Assembly: GCA_031261805.1 (NCBI GenBank)
Contig: JAISIX010000059.1
Span: forward strand, 1 to 59,159
DNA from: Mediterranea sp.
GTDB taxonomy: Bacteria; Bacteroidota; Bacteroidia; Bacteroidales; Bacteroidaceae
DNA length: 59,159 bases
Reading direction: 5' to 3'
Shown: in pieces, positions 17,432-27,800 of the stretch
Layout: each line of letters starts with the position of its first letter
Numbering within the stretch: position 1 is the first letter of the stretch
Translations under genes and position numbers: made by a program
Notes under the pieces: model-generated
Databases searched by the model: none
What the model was told of the DNA's origin: nothing
Seen by the model: only the letters and a program-made list of their open reading frames with translations

Positions 17432-19969
17432 GTGGAAAAGCAAATTTATTCTTATGACGAGGCTTTCGAAGAATCATTACGATACTTCCAAGGCGACGAG
17501 CTTGCGGCCCGTGTTTGGGTAAACAAGTATGCGGTAAAAGACTCTTTCGGACACATTTACGAGAAATCGCCCGAAGACATGCATTGGCGCATCGCCAATG
17601 AGGTAGCCCGTGTAGAAGCAAAGTATCCAAATCCATTGAGCGCACAAGAGTTGTTCGAGCTACTCGATCACTTCAGGTACATCGTTCCGCAAGGCAGCCC
17701 GATGACAGGCATTGGCAACGACTACCAAGTGGCCTCCCTGTCCAACTGCTTCGTGATTGGAGTAGATGGTTCGGCCGACTCATACGGCGCCATCATCAAG
17801 ATCGACGAGGAGCAGGTACAACTGATGAAACGCCGCGGCGGAGTGGGCCATGACCTTTCACACATCCGTCCCAAAGGCTCGCCAGTGAAGAACTCCGCAC
17901 TGACCTCCACCGGTTTGGTACCGTTCATGGAACGCTACTCCAACTCCACCCGCGAAGTGGCACAGGACGGCCGACGTGGGGCGCTGATGCTGAGCGTATC
18001 CATCAAGCATCCCGACTCCGAATCGTTTATCGACGCCAAGATGACCGAAGGCAAAGTAACAGGAGCCAACGTATCCGTGAAGCTGGACGACGCTTTTATG
18101 CAAGCCGCTATCGACGGCAAGCCCTACATGCAACAGTATCCCATCGACGCTACCGAACCTATTTACGGGAAGGAGATTGACGCCTCAGCCCTTTGGAAGA
18201 AGATTGTCCACAACGCATGGAAGTCGGCCGAGCCGGGCGTACTATTCTGGGACACCATCATCCGCGAGTCCGTGCCCGACTGCTATGCCGACCTCGGCTA
18301 CCGCACCGTCTCCACCAACCCTTGCGGTGAGATTCCCCTCTGCCCTTACGACTCTTGCCGTTTGCTGGCCATCAACCTCTATTCGTATGTGGTCAACCCC
18401 TTCAAGCCCGATGCCTATTTCGACTTCGACCTGTTCAAGAAGCATGTAGCCTTAGCACAACGCATCATGGACGACATCATCGATCTGGAGCTGGAAAAGA
18501 TTGAGCGCATCCAAGAGAAGATAGGCAACGACCCGGAAGACGAAGAGGTGAAACACACCGAGCGGCATCTATGGGAAAAGATATACAAGAAGAGCGGACA
18601 GGGCCGACGTACCGGCGTAGGCATCACCGCCGAGGGCGACATGCTGGCCGCATTAGGACTACGTTACGGCACCGAAGAGGCCACCTCTTTCTCCGAAGAG
18701 GTACACAAGATTGTGGCTCTCTGCGCCTACCGATCCTCCGTGGTGATGGCCAAAGAGCGTGGAGCCTTCGCCATCTACGACACTGAGCGCGAGAAAAACA
18801 ACCCCTTCATCCAGCGCTTGGCCGAGGCTGACCCCGAACTCTATAAGGAGATGAAGAAATATGGCCGTCGCAACATAGCCTGCCTCACCATTGCCCCTAC
18901 AGGCACCACCAGCCTGATGACGCAGACCACCTCGGGCATTGAACCGGTATTCCTGCCGGTGTACAAGCGCCGCCGCAAGGTGAACCCCAACGACACCAAC
19001 GTACATGTCGACTTCGTAGACGAGACGGGCGATGCCTTTGAGGAGTACATCGTGTTCCACCACAAGTTCGTGACATGGATGGAAGCCAATGGCTACAACC
19101 CTGCCAAGAAGTACACGCAAGAGGAGATTGACCAGATGGTGGAGAAGTCACCCTACTACAAAGCGACCTCCAACGATGTCGACTGGCTGATGAAGGTGAA
19201 GATGCAGGGCCGTATCCAGAAATGGGTAGACCACTCCATCAGCGTCACCATCAACCTGCCCAACGACGTAGATGAAGAGTTGGTAAACCGCCTCTATGTC
19301 GAAGCCTGGCGTTCCGGCTGCAAAGGATGCACCGTCTACCGCGACGGCTCCCGCTCGGGAGTACTCATCTCCACCAAGTCGGACAAGAAAGAGGAACTCC
19401 CCCCCTGCAAGCCGCCTACGGTAGTAGAGGTACGCCCCAAGGTACTGGAAGCCGACGTGGTGCGTTTCCAAAACAACAAGGAGAAGTGGGTAGCCTTTGT
19501 CGGCCTGTACGACGGCTATCCCTACGAGATATTCACCGGCTTGCAGGACGACGACGAAGGCATCCTCTTGCCCAAGAGCGTGGTGCGTGGACGCATCATC
19601 AAGAACGTGGACGAGGAGGGCAACAAGCGCTACGACTTCCAGTTCGAGAACAAACGCGGCTACAAGACCACCATCGAAGGCCTGTCGGAGAAGTTCAACA
19701 AGGAGTACTGGAACTATGCCAAGCTCATCTCCGGTGTGCTCCGCTATCGGATGCCTATTGAGCAAGTCATCAAGCTTGTCAGCTCGCTCCAACTCAATAG
19801 CGAGAGCATCAACACCTGGAAGAATGGCGTGGAACGTGCCCTGAAGAAGTACATCTTAGACGGAACAGCCGCGCAAGGAAAAACCTGCCCGAACTGTGGC
19901 AACGAAACGCTGGTTTACCAGGAAGGATGCCTACGTTGCACCACCTGCGGAGCTTCCCGTTGTGGCTAA
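17432..19969 (+). CDS. nrdJ: Class II (adenosylcobalamin-dependent) ribonucleotide reductase
   Basis: SNCFV, TNPCGEIPL, APTGTTS, GIEP, KGCTVYRDGSR and C-terminal CPNCG...CTTCG Zn ribbon. No beta-subunit gene nearby. GTG start at 17432 (track 17342). Confidence 0.93.
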   Translation: MEKQIYSYDEAFEESLRYFQGDELAARVWVNKYAVKDSFGHIYEKSPEDMHWRIANEVARVEAKYPNPLSAQELFELLDHFRYIVPQGSPMTGIGNDYQVASLSNCFVIGVDGSADSYGAIIKIDEEQVQLMKRRGGVGHDLSHIRPKGSPVKNSALTSTGLVPFMERYSNSTREVAQDGRRGALMLSVSIKHPDSESFIDAKMTEGKVTGANVSVKLDDAFMQAAIDGKPYMQQYPIDATEPIYGKEIDASALWKKIVHNAWKSAEPGVLFWDTIIRESVPDCYADLGYRTVSTNPCGEIPLCPYDSCRLLAINLYSYVVNPFKPDAYFDFDLFKKHVALAQRIMDDIIDLELEKIERIQEKIGNDPEDEEVKHTERHLWEKIYKKSGQGRRTGVGITAEGDMLAALGLRYGTEEATSFSEEVHKIVALCAYRSSVVMAKERGAFAIYDTEREKNNPFIQRLAEADPELYKEMKKYGRRNIACLTIAPTGTTSLMTQTTSGIEPVFLPVYKRRRKVNPNDTNVHVDFVDETGDAFEEYIVFHHKFVTWMEANGYNPAKKYTQEEIDQMVEKSPYYKATSNDVDWLMKVKMQGRIQKWVDHSISVTINLPNDVDEELVNRLYVEAWRSGCKGCTVYRDGSRSGVLISTKSDKKEELPPCKPPTVVEVRPKVLEADVVRFQNNKEKWVAFVGLYDGYPYEIFTGLQDDDEGILLPKSVVRGRIIKNVDEEGNKRYDFQFENKRGYKTTIEGLSEKFNKEYWNYAKLISGVLRYRMPIEQVIKLVSSLQLNSESINTWKNGVERALKKYILDGTAAQGKTCPNCGNETLVYQEGCLRCTTCGASRCG

Positions 19970-20002
19970 TCAGGTGAACGTAATGCCCCCCGGCAGATAA
20001 AC

Positions 20003-20046
20003 AAAGGGTAAAAGGAGAGGCCCCACCCCTCCTTTTACCCTTTTTT
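20003..20046 (+). terminator. Rho-independent terminator after nrdJ
   Basis: aaagggtaaaaggag...ctccttttacccttt stem followed by a T-run. Confidence 0.8.
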
Positions 20047-20097
20047 CTTCTTCGTTATGCTGATATTATTTGTACCTTTGTGCCAATTTATTAGAGT

Positions 20098-20625
20098 ATG
20101 ACAGAAAACAGAAGCTATTTGCAGAAATACGCCATGCACTTTGGCACATATATGGGAGTTTACTGGGTATTGAAGTTTATCCTGTTTCCGTTGGCATTCC
20201 GCATCCCGTTCTTCCAGTTCCTGTTTGTGGTGCTTACACTGGCGGTGCCTTTCATTGGCTATTTCTATGTGAAGATATACCGCGACAAGGTGTGTGGGGG
20301 TGCCATCAGCTTTGCCCACGCCGCTGTCTTTTGCACCATCATGTACGTCTCAGCCTCCTTGTTGGTGGCTGTTGCCCACTACGTTTACTTCCAGTTTATC
20401 GACCACGGGTTCTTGATAGACACCTTCAGCACCTATTGGGACCAGTTGATGACACAGATGCCAGCCCTGCTCGAGCATCAGGATAACGTGCGGATGCTGA
20501 TAGACGACTTCCGCAGCGCCAGCCCCATCGAAATCACCATGCGTTTGTTCTCGAGCGACATCTTTTGGGGGCTTGTCCTCATTGTCCCCACAGGGCTGAT
20601 GGTAATGAGGCGACCGAAACAGTAA
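20098..20625 (+). CDS. DUF4199-like membrane protein
   Basis: Four TM helices, YVYFQFIDHGF motif, usual Bacteroides context before a GT2. TACCTTTG at 20073-20080. Confidence 0.75.
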   Translation: MTENRSYLQKYAMHFGTYMGVYWVLKFILFPLAFRIPFFQFLFVVLTLAVPFIGYFYVKIYRDKVCGGAISFAHAAVFCTIMYVSASLLVAVAHYVYFQFIDHGFLIDTFSTYWDQLMTQMPALLEHQDNVRMLIDDFRSASPIEITMRLFSSDIFWGLVLIVPTGLMVMRRPKQ

Positions 20626-20646
20626 CTTTGTAGCATCATTAAGGAT

Positions 20647-21597
20647 ATGGATATATCAGTAGTCATCCCCTTGTACAACGAAGAAGAGTCGCTACCCGAA
20701 CTCTACGCTTGGATTGCGCGGGTGATGCAGGAAGGCGGGTTCTCTTACGAGGTCATCTTCGTCGACGATGGGAGCACCGACCGTTCGTGGGAGGTAGTGC
20801 AGCAGTTGCGCAGCGAGTCGGATAGAGTGAAAGGCATCAAGTTCCGCCGCAACTATGGCAAGTCGCCCGCCCTCTATTGCGGGTTTGCCGAGGCGCAAGG
20901 AGAGGTGGTCATCACCATGGATGCCGATTTGCAGGACAGTCCCGACGAGATTCCCGCCCTTTACCGGATGATTGTGGACGAAAAGCTCGACTTGGTGTCG
21001 GGCTGGAAGCAGAAACGCTACGACCCCCTTTCCAAGACCATCCCCACCAAACTCTTCAACGCCACCGCCCGCCGGGTATCGGGCATACACAACCTGCACG
21101 ACTTCAACTGCGGGCTGAAAGCTTACCGACGCGACGTGGTGAAAAACATCGAAGTGTACGGTGAGATGCACCGATACATCCCCTACTTGGCCAAGAATGC
21201 CGGGTTCAACCGCATCGGCGAGAAGGTGGTGCATCACCAAGCCCGCAAATACGGGCACACCAAGTTCGGATTCAACCGCTTCTTCAACGGTTACTTAGAC
21301 CTCATCACCCTTTGGTTCCTCTCCACCTTCGGCATCAAGCCGATGCACTTCTTCGGGCTGTTGGGGTCGCTGATGTTTCTCTTCGGACTGGTGGCTGTCA
21401 TCGCGGTAGGCGCCGGCAAGCTGTATGCCGTCTACCATGGGATGCACTACCGCTTAGTCACCGACTCGCCCTACTTCTACCTCGCCCTCACGGCGATGAT
21501 TATAGGTACGCAGCTATTTTTGGCAGGGTTCTTGGGCGAGCTGATTTCGCGCAACGCCCCCGACCGTAACAACTACCAGATAGAGACAAAAATATAA
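20647..21597 (+). CDS. Glycosyltransferase family 2 (ArnC/Dpm1-like polyprenol-phosphate GT)
   Basis: SVVIPLYNEEE, VDDGSTD, RNYGKS, MDADLQD, two C-terminal TMs. TAACTTTG element at 20623-20630 may be an internal promoter. Confidence 0.93.
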   Translation: MDISVVIPLYNEEESLPELYAWIARVMQEGGFSYEVIFVDDGSTDRSWEVVQQLRSESDRVKGIKFRRNYGKSPALYCGFAEAQGEVVITMDADLQDSPDEIPALYRMIVDEKLDLVSGWKQKRYDPLSKTIPTKLFNATARRVSGIHNLHDFNCGLKAYRRDVVKNIEVYGEMHRYIPYLAKNAGFNRIGEKVVHHQARKYGHTKFGFNRFFNGYLDLITLWFLSTFGIKPMHFFGLLGSLMFLFGLVAVIAVGAGKLYAVYHGMHYRLVTDSPYFYLALTAMIIGTQLFLAGFLGELISRNAPDRNNYQIETKI

Positions 21598-21627
21598 TCC
21601 GCTTACGACCCATTCAACAAAACGATT

Positions 21628-22179
21628 ATGAAACAACTACTCCGGTTCTTCTTGCTGCTCACCGTTATCGGCACCGCCATCGGCCTGCATAGCGCCTGTT
21701 CCGACGAGAGCGACTGCTCCATGGCCGGCCGGCCGATGATGTACTGCACGCTCAGGGCCGTCAACCCCGATGAGCAACGGGTGGTGAACGACACGCTCGA
21801 CTCACTCACCATCACCGCCCTCGGCACCGATTCCATCATACTCAACAACGAAAAGAAAGTGCAAAAGCTACAGCTCCCTTTGCGCTATAGCTCCGACACC
21901 ACCGTCTTCCTTTTCCGGTACGACCCCGTGCGCAACCCCAACGACGTAGACACCCTCTTCGTATTTCACAAGAACACCGCCTACTTCCAATCCATGGAGT
22001 GCGGATACCTGATGAAACAGAGCATACAAGGCGGACGCTTCGGCAACCGTGGCAATACCTCCGAGCGGATTGACTCCCTCCGCTTCAACAACAACAATAA
22101 AGAAGCCAACTCCAATGAAATTGAGAACCTGCAGATATTCTTCGTCTACCGTGACCGCACGCCCGCACCTATCGAGTAG
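21628..22179 (+). CDS. Conserved Bacteroidetes lipoprotein (DUF6452-like)
   Basis: Lipobox HSAC; LPLRY and FQSMECG motifs. Confidence 0.65.
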   Translation: MKQLLRFFLLLTVIGTAIGLHSACSDESDCSMAGRPMMYCTLRAVNPDEQRVVNDTLDSLTITALGTDSIILNNEKKVQKLQLPLRYSSDTTVFLFRYDPVRNPNDVDTLFVFHKNTAYFQSMECGYLMKQSIQGGRFGNRGNTSERIDSLRFNNNNKEANSNEIENLQIFFVYRDRTPAPIE

Positions 22180-22984
22180 GCTGCTCCCGACGATGCTCCT
22201 GCTACTGTTCTTCGGCCTCGGTCCCTTGGTCTGCGCGCAAGAGCAGCAGCCTCGGCAGGTACATAAGATAAGCAAGGAGGAGGCCGACCGAATACGGGCA
22301 GGCAAGGGCGAGAAGAAAAAAGAGAAGACGGTGGTGCCCGACACCATCCCCCTCTTCAACGGGCTGTATATAGGTCTCGACCTCTATGGGCCTGGGGCCA
22401 AGTTGCTGGGTAGCGACTTCGTGTCCGAGGAGGTGCAGGTAGCTGTCAACCTCAAGAACCGCTTCATCCCCACCCTCGAGCTGGGCATGGGAGGCACCGA
22501 TACTTGGAGCGAGACCGGCATCCACTACAAGACCAAGGCCACCCCGTACTTCCGCATCGGCGTGGACTACAACACCATGGCCAAGAAGAAGAACAAAGAG
22601 AGTTTCCTATACGCCGGACTGCGCTATGGCTTCAGCACCTTCAAGTACGACGTGGCCACCCTGCCCGTGAGCGACCCCATCTGGGGCGACAACTTTGGTA
22701 ACCCCGGCCTGACTGACGATATATGGAAAGGCAGCATCCCCTTCGACCATCCCGGCATGAAGGCTACCATGCACTGGCTTGAGATTGTGCTGGGCGTCAA
22801 GGTACGCATTCTGCGCAACTTCAACATGGGCTGGTCCATCCGCATGAAGTACAAGCTCAGCGCTTCCATCGGCGAGTATGGCGACCCATGGTATGTGCCG
22901 GGCTTCGGCAAATACAAATCGAACACAATGGGGCTGAGCTACTCCCTCATCTACAAACTACCCTTGCAAGGAAGGAGAAGATAA
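22115..22984 (+). CDS. Outer-membrane beta-barrel protein (DUF6048-like)
   Basis: Signal peptide, amphipathic strands, PWYVPGFG motif. Start uncertain (track GTG 22049; ATG 22115 chosen); overlaps the upstream gene. Confidence 0.65.
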   Translation: MKLRTCRYSSSTVTARPHLSSRLLPTMLLLLFFGLGPLVCAQEQQPRQVHKISKEEADRIRAGKGEKKKEKTVVPDTIPLFNGLYIGLDLYGPGAKLLGSDFVSEEVQVAVNLKNRFIPTLELGMGGTDTWSETGIHYKTKATPYFRIGVDYNTMAKKKNKESFLYAGLRYGFSTFKYDVATLPVSDPIWGDNFGNPGLTDDIWKGSIPFDHPGMKATMHWLEIVLGVKVRILRNFNMGWSIRMKYKLSASIGEYGDPWYVPGFGKYKSNTMGLSYSLIYKLPLQGRRR

Positions 22985-23566
22985 ATGTCAGGAATAGAGA
23001 TTTGGTTACTGGCGATAGGCTTGGCGATGGACTGCTTCGCCGTCTCCATCGCCAGCGGCATCATCATGCGGCGTTTCCGCTGGAGGCCGATGCTGACCAT
23101 GGCCTTTGCCTTCGGGTTGTTTCAGGCGGCAATGCCCTTTATCGGGTGGATGTTCGCCCGTTCGTTCAGCCACCTCATCGAGAGCGTGGACCATTGGCTG
23201 GCCTTCGGCATACTGGGTTTCCTCGGCGTGCGCATGATACGCGAGTCGATACGCGAGGAACAGGAGTGCCGCCTCTTCGACCCTACCCGCCTCCGGGTGA
23301 TACTGACCCTCGCCGTGGCTACCAGCATCGACGCATTGGCCGTGGGCATCTCGTTCGCCTTCCTTGGCGTGCAGCAATACACTGCCATCCTGCAACCGGT
23401 GGGCATCATCGGGTTGGTATCGTTCCTTCTCTCCCTGACGGGGCTGGTATTCGGTATCCGTTGCGGCAGTGGCATCGCCAAGCGCATCAAGGCCGAGCTG
23501 TGCGGAGGCGTGATATTAATCCTCATCGGAACAAAGATTCTCATTGAGCATCTGTTCTTTCAATAG
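22985..23566 (+). CDS. mntP: Manganese efflux pump MntP
   Basis: AIGLAMDCFAVS and VATSIDALAVG repeats; six TMs. Confidence 0.92.
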   Translation: MSGIEIWLLAIGLAMDCFAVSIASGIIMRRFRWRPMLTMAFAFGLFQAAMPFIGWMFARSFSHLIESVDHWLAFGILGFLGVRMIRESIREEQECRLFDPTRLRVILTLAVATSIDALAVGISFAFLGVQQYTAILQPVGIIGLVSFLLSLTGLVFGIRCGSGIAKRIKAELCGGVILILIGTKILIEHLFFQ

Positions 23567-23591
23567 TTAAGTAGTTAAAGTAGTAAGTTGT

Positions 23592-24587
23592 ATGAAAAAG
23601 AAAAGTTTCCTCTGGTTGGCTTTCCTTATCCTGGCAAGCATCTGGATCATCGCCCGCCACCAACGCAAAGAGAATTACAACACCATCACAGGCTTCGTCT
23701 TTGGCACGGTCTACAAAATCACCTACCAATGCAACGACAACCTGCAGACCGAGATAGAAGCTGAGTTGAAGCAGTTCAACAACTCCCTCTCTCCCTTCGA
23801 GAAGAACTCCATCATCAGCCGGGTGAACCGGAACGAAGAGGTGGTGGTCGACTCCTTCTTCCGCCGTTGCTTCGACCTCTCCATGGAGGTATCGAAAGAG
23901 ACCGGCGGAGCATTCGACATCACCGTAGCCCCATTAGTCAACGCCTGGGGGTTCGGCTTTAAGAAGGGACATTTCCCCGACTCGCTCACCGTAGACAGCC
24001 TGATGCAGTTCGTGGGTTACCAAAAGGTACACCTCACGCCCGACGGACATGTGGTAAAGCAAGACCCGCGCCTGATGCTCGACTGCAGTGCCGTGGCCAA
24101 AGGTTACGGCGTGGACGTGGTAGCCCAGTTGCTGGAGCGTAAGGGTATCCACAACTACATGGTCGACATTGGCGGCGAGGTGGTGGTACGGGGACACAAC
24201 CCCAAGGACGAGCTGTGGCGCATCGGTATTAACAAGCCCGTAGACGACTCCCTCTCCGTGAAGGAGGAACTACAGACCGTGCTCCAGCTCACCGACGTAG
24301 GCATGGCCACCTCGGGCAACTACCGCAACTTCTACTACCGCGATGGGAAGAAGTACGCCCATACCATCGACCCACACACCGGATACCCCGTGCAGCACAG
24401 CGTGCTCTCCTCCACCGTCATCGCCAAAGACTGCATGACGGCCGATGCCCTCGCTACCTCCTTCATGGTGATGGGCCTGCCCGCCGCCAAAGCCTTCTGC
24501 AAAGCCCACCCCGAAATCAGCGCCTACCTTATTTATGCCGACGATTCGGGCGCGCTCCAGACCTTTGCCACGAAGTCTTTAAATTAA
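23592..24587 (+). CDS. apbE: FAD:protein FMN transferase ApbE
   Basis: GAFDITVAPL, AVAKGYGVD, DIGGE, ATSGNYR, HTIDPHTGYP, ADALAT. Confidence 0.95.
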   Translation: MKKKSFLWLAFLILASIWIIARHQRKENYNTITGFVFGTVYKITYQCNDNLQTEIEAELKQFNNSLSPFEKNSIISRVNRNEEVVVDSFFRRCFDLSMEVSKETGGAFDITVAPLVNAWGFGFKKGHFPDSLTVDSLMQFVGYQKVHLTPDGHVVKQDPRLMLDCSAVAKGYGVDVVAQLLERKGIHNYMVDIGGEVVVRGHNPKDELWRIGINKPVDDSLSVKEELQTVLQLTDVGMATSGNYRNFYYRDGKKYAHTIDPHTGYPVQHSVLSSTVIAKDCMTADALATSFMVMGLPAAKAFCKAHPEISAYLIYADDSGALQTFATKSLN

Positions 24588-24806
24588 AAATTGAGAATTA
24601 AAAATTGAAAAATGATAGAGGGTGCCACTTCAAGGTTGAAGAGGGTGCCACTTCAAGGTTGAAGAGGGTGCCACTCCAAGGTTAGAAGAGGGTGCCACTC
24701 CAAGGTTGAAGAGGGTGCCACTTCAAGGTTAGAAGAGGGTGCCACTCCAAGGTTGAAGCGTCCCCCTCTTCCATTTTTTAATTTTTAATTTTTAATTCTC
24801 AATTTT
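24587..24806. repeat. 20-bp inverted repeat built from AT-rich heptamers, bracketing the tandem array
   Basis: aaaattgagaattaaaaatt (24587-24606) is the exact reverse complement of 24787-24806. The right arm overlaps the last codons and stop of the HTCS gene. Confidence 0.85.
24618..24757. repeat. Tandem array, 6 x 23-24 bp (gagggtgccactYcaaggtt[a]gaa)
   Basis: Units start at 24618, 24641, 24664, 24688, 24711 and 24735. No spacers between units. Confidence 0.95.
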
Positions 24807-27800
24807 CCTAAACTCGCTGGGTGGCACGCCGTACATCTCCTTGAAGGCAGTAGAAAAGTAGGCCACGTTGGCGAAGCCGGTCATGATGGCCACTTCGGTG
24901 ATGTTGTGGTGTTTCTCGGCCAGTAGGTTGGCGGCTTGGCGCAGGCGGGTATTACGGATGAAGTCGCGGGTGGACTGGTTGGTCAGCTCCTTGAGCTTGC
25001 GGTGCAGGTGCACGCGGCTGATACCTACATCGGAAGCTATCATCTCCACGCTGAGGGCAGGGTTGCTAATATTCGCGTTGATAACATTCATCACTCGTTC
25101 CAGCAGCTTCTCGTCGGGCGACTTCAGTTGCATGGGCTGTACCTTGTCGGCCTGCGTCTGGTTGCCACTGAAAGTGTTGCGCAGGCGCTCGCGCTGGAGA
25201 ATGAGGTTCTCCGCCGTTTTCTTCAGGATGTCAATGTTGAACGGCTTCACCAAGTAGGCATCCGCTCCGGTGTTCAGCCCCTCCAAGTTGTTGACTTCGC
25301 TGGCACGGGCGGTAAGCAGTACCACGGGGATGTGGTTGATGTTGACGTTCTGCCGTATCTTCCGGCAGAGGGTAAGACCATCCATCTCGGGCATCATGAT
25401 ATCGGAGATGATGAGGTCGGGCGCCTTCTTCAGGATGAGGTTGAGCGCCTCCCGGCCATTGGTGCTTTCCACGGTATGAAACTTATCGGCCAGCTCCCGG
25501 CAGATGTACTTCCTTATCTCTTCGTCATCTTCCACCACCAGCACCCGATGTTTGGTCTTGGCGTGCGGTTTGTCCGCCTTCTCCTCCTCAACCGCAGGGA
25601 TGCCCATGGGCGACGCAAGAAGCGTGGCGTGTGGAGCGGGTAGCGGCTCGGCTGTCGGTTCTTCTATCTCTTCGGGCTGCAGATGGGCGTTGCCCAAGGG
25701 CAGGCGGATGGTGAAATGACAACCGGCACGTCCTTCGTTGTTGGCCACGCCGATGGTACCATGATGCAGCTCCACCAGTGAACGGGTGAGGTGGAGGCCG
25801 ATGCCGGTACCCATGCCCGAGCTGTTCACCTGGTTGCGTACTTGGTAGAAGCGGTCGAAGATGTGACCTATCTCCTGCTCGTCGATGCCGATGCCGCTGT
25901 CTTCCACCTCTATCTCCACGCAGTGTCGCAACGGGCCGTGGAGGGCCTCATCGTCTACCCGGCGCAGGCGGAGGGTGATGCTTCCTTTCTCGGGCGTGTA
26001 CTTGAAAGCGTTGGAGAGCACGTTGAGCACAACCTTGTCGAAATTCTTGGGGTCCATCCACACCGACAGTTCCTCTATCTCGGGAGCGTAACTGAAGGTG
26101 ATGTCCTTGACGCGTGACTGGTACTCGAAGGTGCCGCACAACTCACGCACGAAGCCTACTATCTCCACCTCACGGAACTTCAGGCGCATCTGCCCCTTGT
26201 CTATCTTGCGCATGTCCATCAGTTGGTTCACCAAGGCAAGCAGACGCTCGGCATTGCGGTAGATGATACGGTACACCTTCTGCCGGGCTGGGTCTCCGTC
26301 GGCAGCCATCAGCTTTTGCAGAGGGGTGATGATCAACGTCATGGGGGTGCGTATCTCGTGCGAGATGTTGATGAAGAACTGTAGCTTGGCCTCGCCCAGC
26401 TGTTCCTGGTGCACATGCTCCATCAGCTCCTGCCGCACACGGTAGCGGTGGCGCACCTGCAGGATAATGGCATACACGAGAGCGATACCGAGCAGCAGGT
26501 AGGCCCAGTTGGCCCATGCCGAGGCATACCAGGCAGGGCGGATGACGATGGTCACCGTCCGCACGTCGGAATAGGAAGTGTAATCTTTGGCCCGCACGCT
26601 GAAACGGTAATCGCCCGGCGAGAGGTCGCTGAAGGATACCCTGTTGATGCCCGGGCGAAGCGTCACCCAACGGTCGTCGTTGAGGGTGTACATATAGGTG
26701 ATGCGCTCGGGGTTGCCAAACTCCATGGAGGAGAACTCGATGCTGAAGGAGTTGTCGTTGTGCGAGAGGTAGAAGCGGTCGGCATCCATGATGAAACGGT
26801 CGATAATCTCCTCGCGTCCGGATGTCATCCCTTTCTTCACACTCCGGTTGTGTAGGTAGAAGCCGGTGATATGTATGTCGGGCTGCTGCACGATGTCGGA
26901 AATCTCAAGCGGGTTGAAGTAGGTCACCCCGTTCACGCCACCGAAGAATATCTCGCCGTTCTTGTCCGTGCAGACGGCTCCCTTGCTGAACTCATTGCCC
27001 TGCAGCCCGTCGTTGGCGTAGTAGCAGACGAAGTTCTGCCGCAAGGGGTTGAAGCGCGCCACGCCATAGTTAGTGCTCAGCCACAGTTCCTTGTTCTTAT
27101 CGCCGGCAATGGCGCAGATGGTATTGTTGGGTAGCCCCTCGCGAGTGGTGTACCCACGCGTGGCGCCGGTGTGGATGTCGAGGCATTTCAACCCTTCGGA
27201 GGTACCCACCCATAGGTGGTTCTCGTCGTCGGCATAGAGGGAGTACACCACCATCCCTCCGAACAGCAGGTTGCTACGGTAGGTAGAGGCGAAATCCATG
27301 GTGCGGGTGTCGAGACAGGTCAGCCCACTGTAAGAGCCGATGTATAGCTTCCCGTCGGGGGTGTATAGCAAGCTGGTGAGCCAGAGGCTGGGCAGGACAT
27401 TGGCATCCTTGGGATACTGCACGCCATTCTCGGCGCCGGGACAGTGCACGATATGTCCCGTGCTCAGGTTCATGCGATACAGCCCGTAGCCCATGGTGGC
27501 AATCCAGAGGTTGCCCTCACCGTCTTCGGCAAAGCTGTACACCCGCATGTTGCTACGTCCGCTACCGTCGGGCAGGCTGATGTAGCGGCAACGGCCGGTG
27601 CGCGGGTCGAGCTGTGCCATGCCCTGCATGTACGAGCCTATCCAAAGGTTCTGTTGGGAATCCTCGTACACACACATGATGGTAGCGGGTACCGAGGTGG
27701 GAACTTTGCTATGCTCGTAATGGGTCAGTAGTTCGCCGCCGGGGCCGATATGGTACAGCCCGTCATTGTCCGTCCCCACCCAAAGCGTACCGGCATGGTC

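Noticed and set aside
23564-23590. tagttaag-tagttaaag-tagtaag mini-repeat between mntP and apbE
   Set aside because: Too short and degenerate to support a function.
24618-24757. CRISPR array
   Set aside because: Units are directly abutting with no unique spacers, and no cas genes are in the window. The same applies to 46672-46850.
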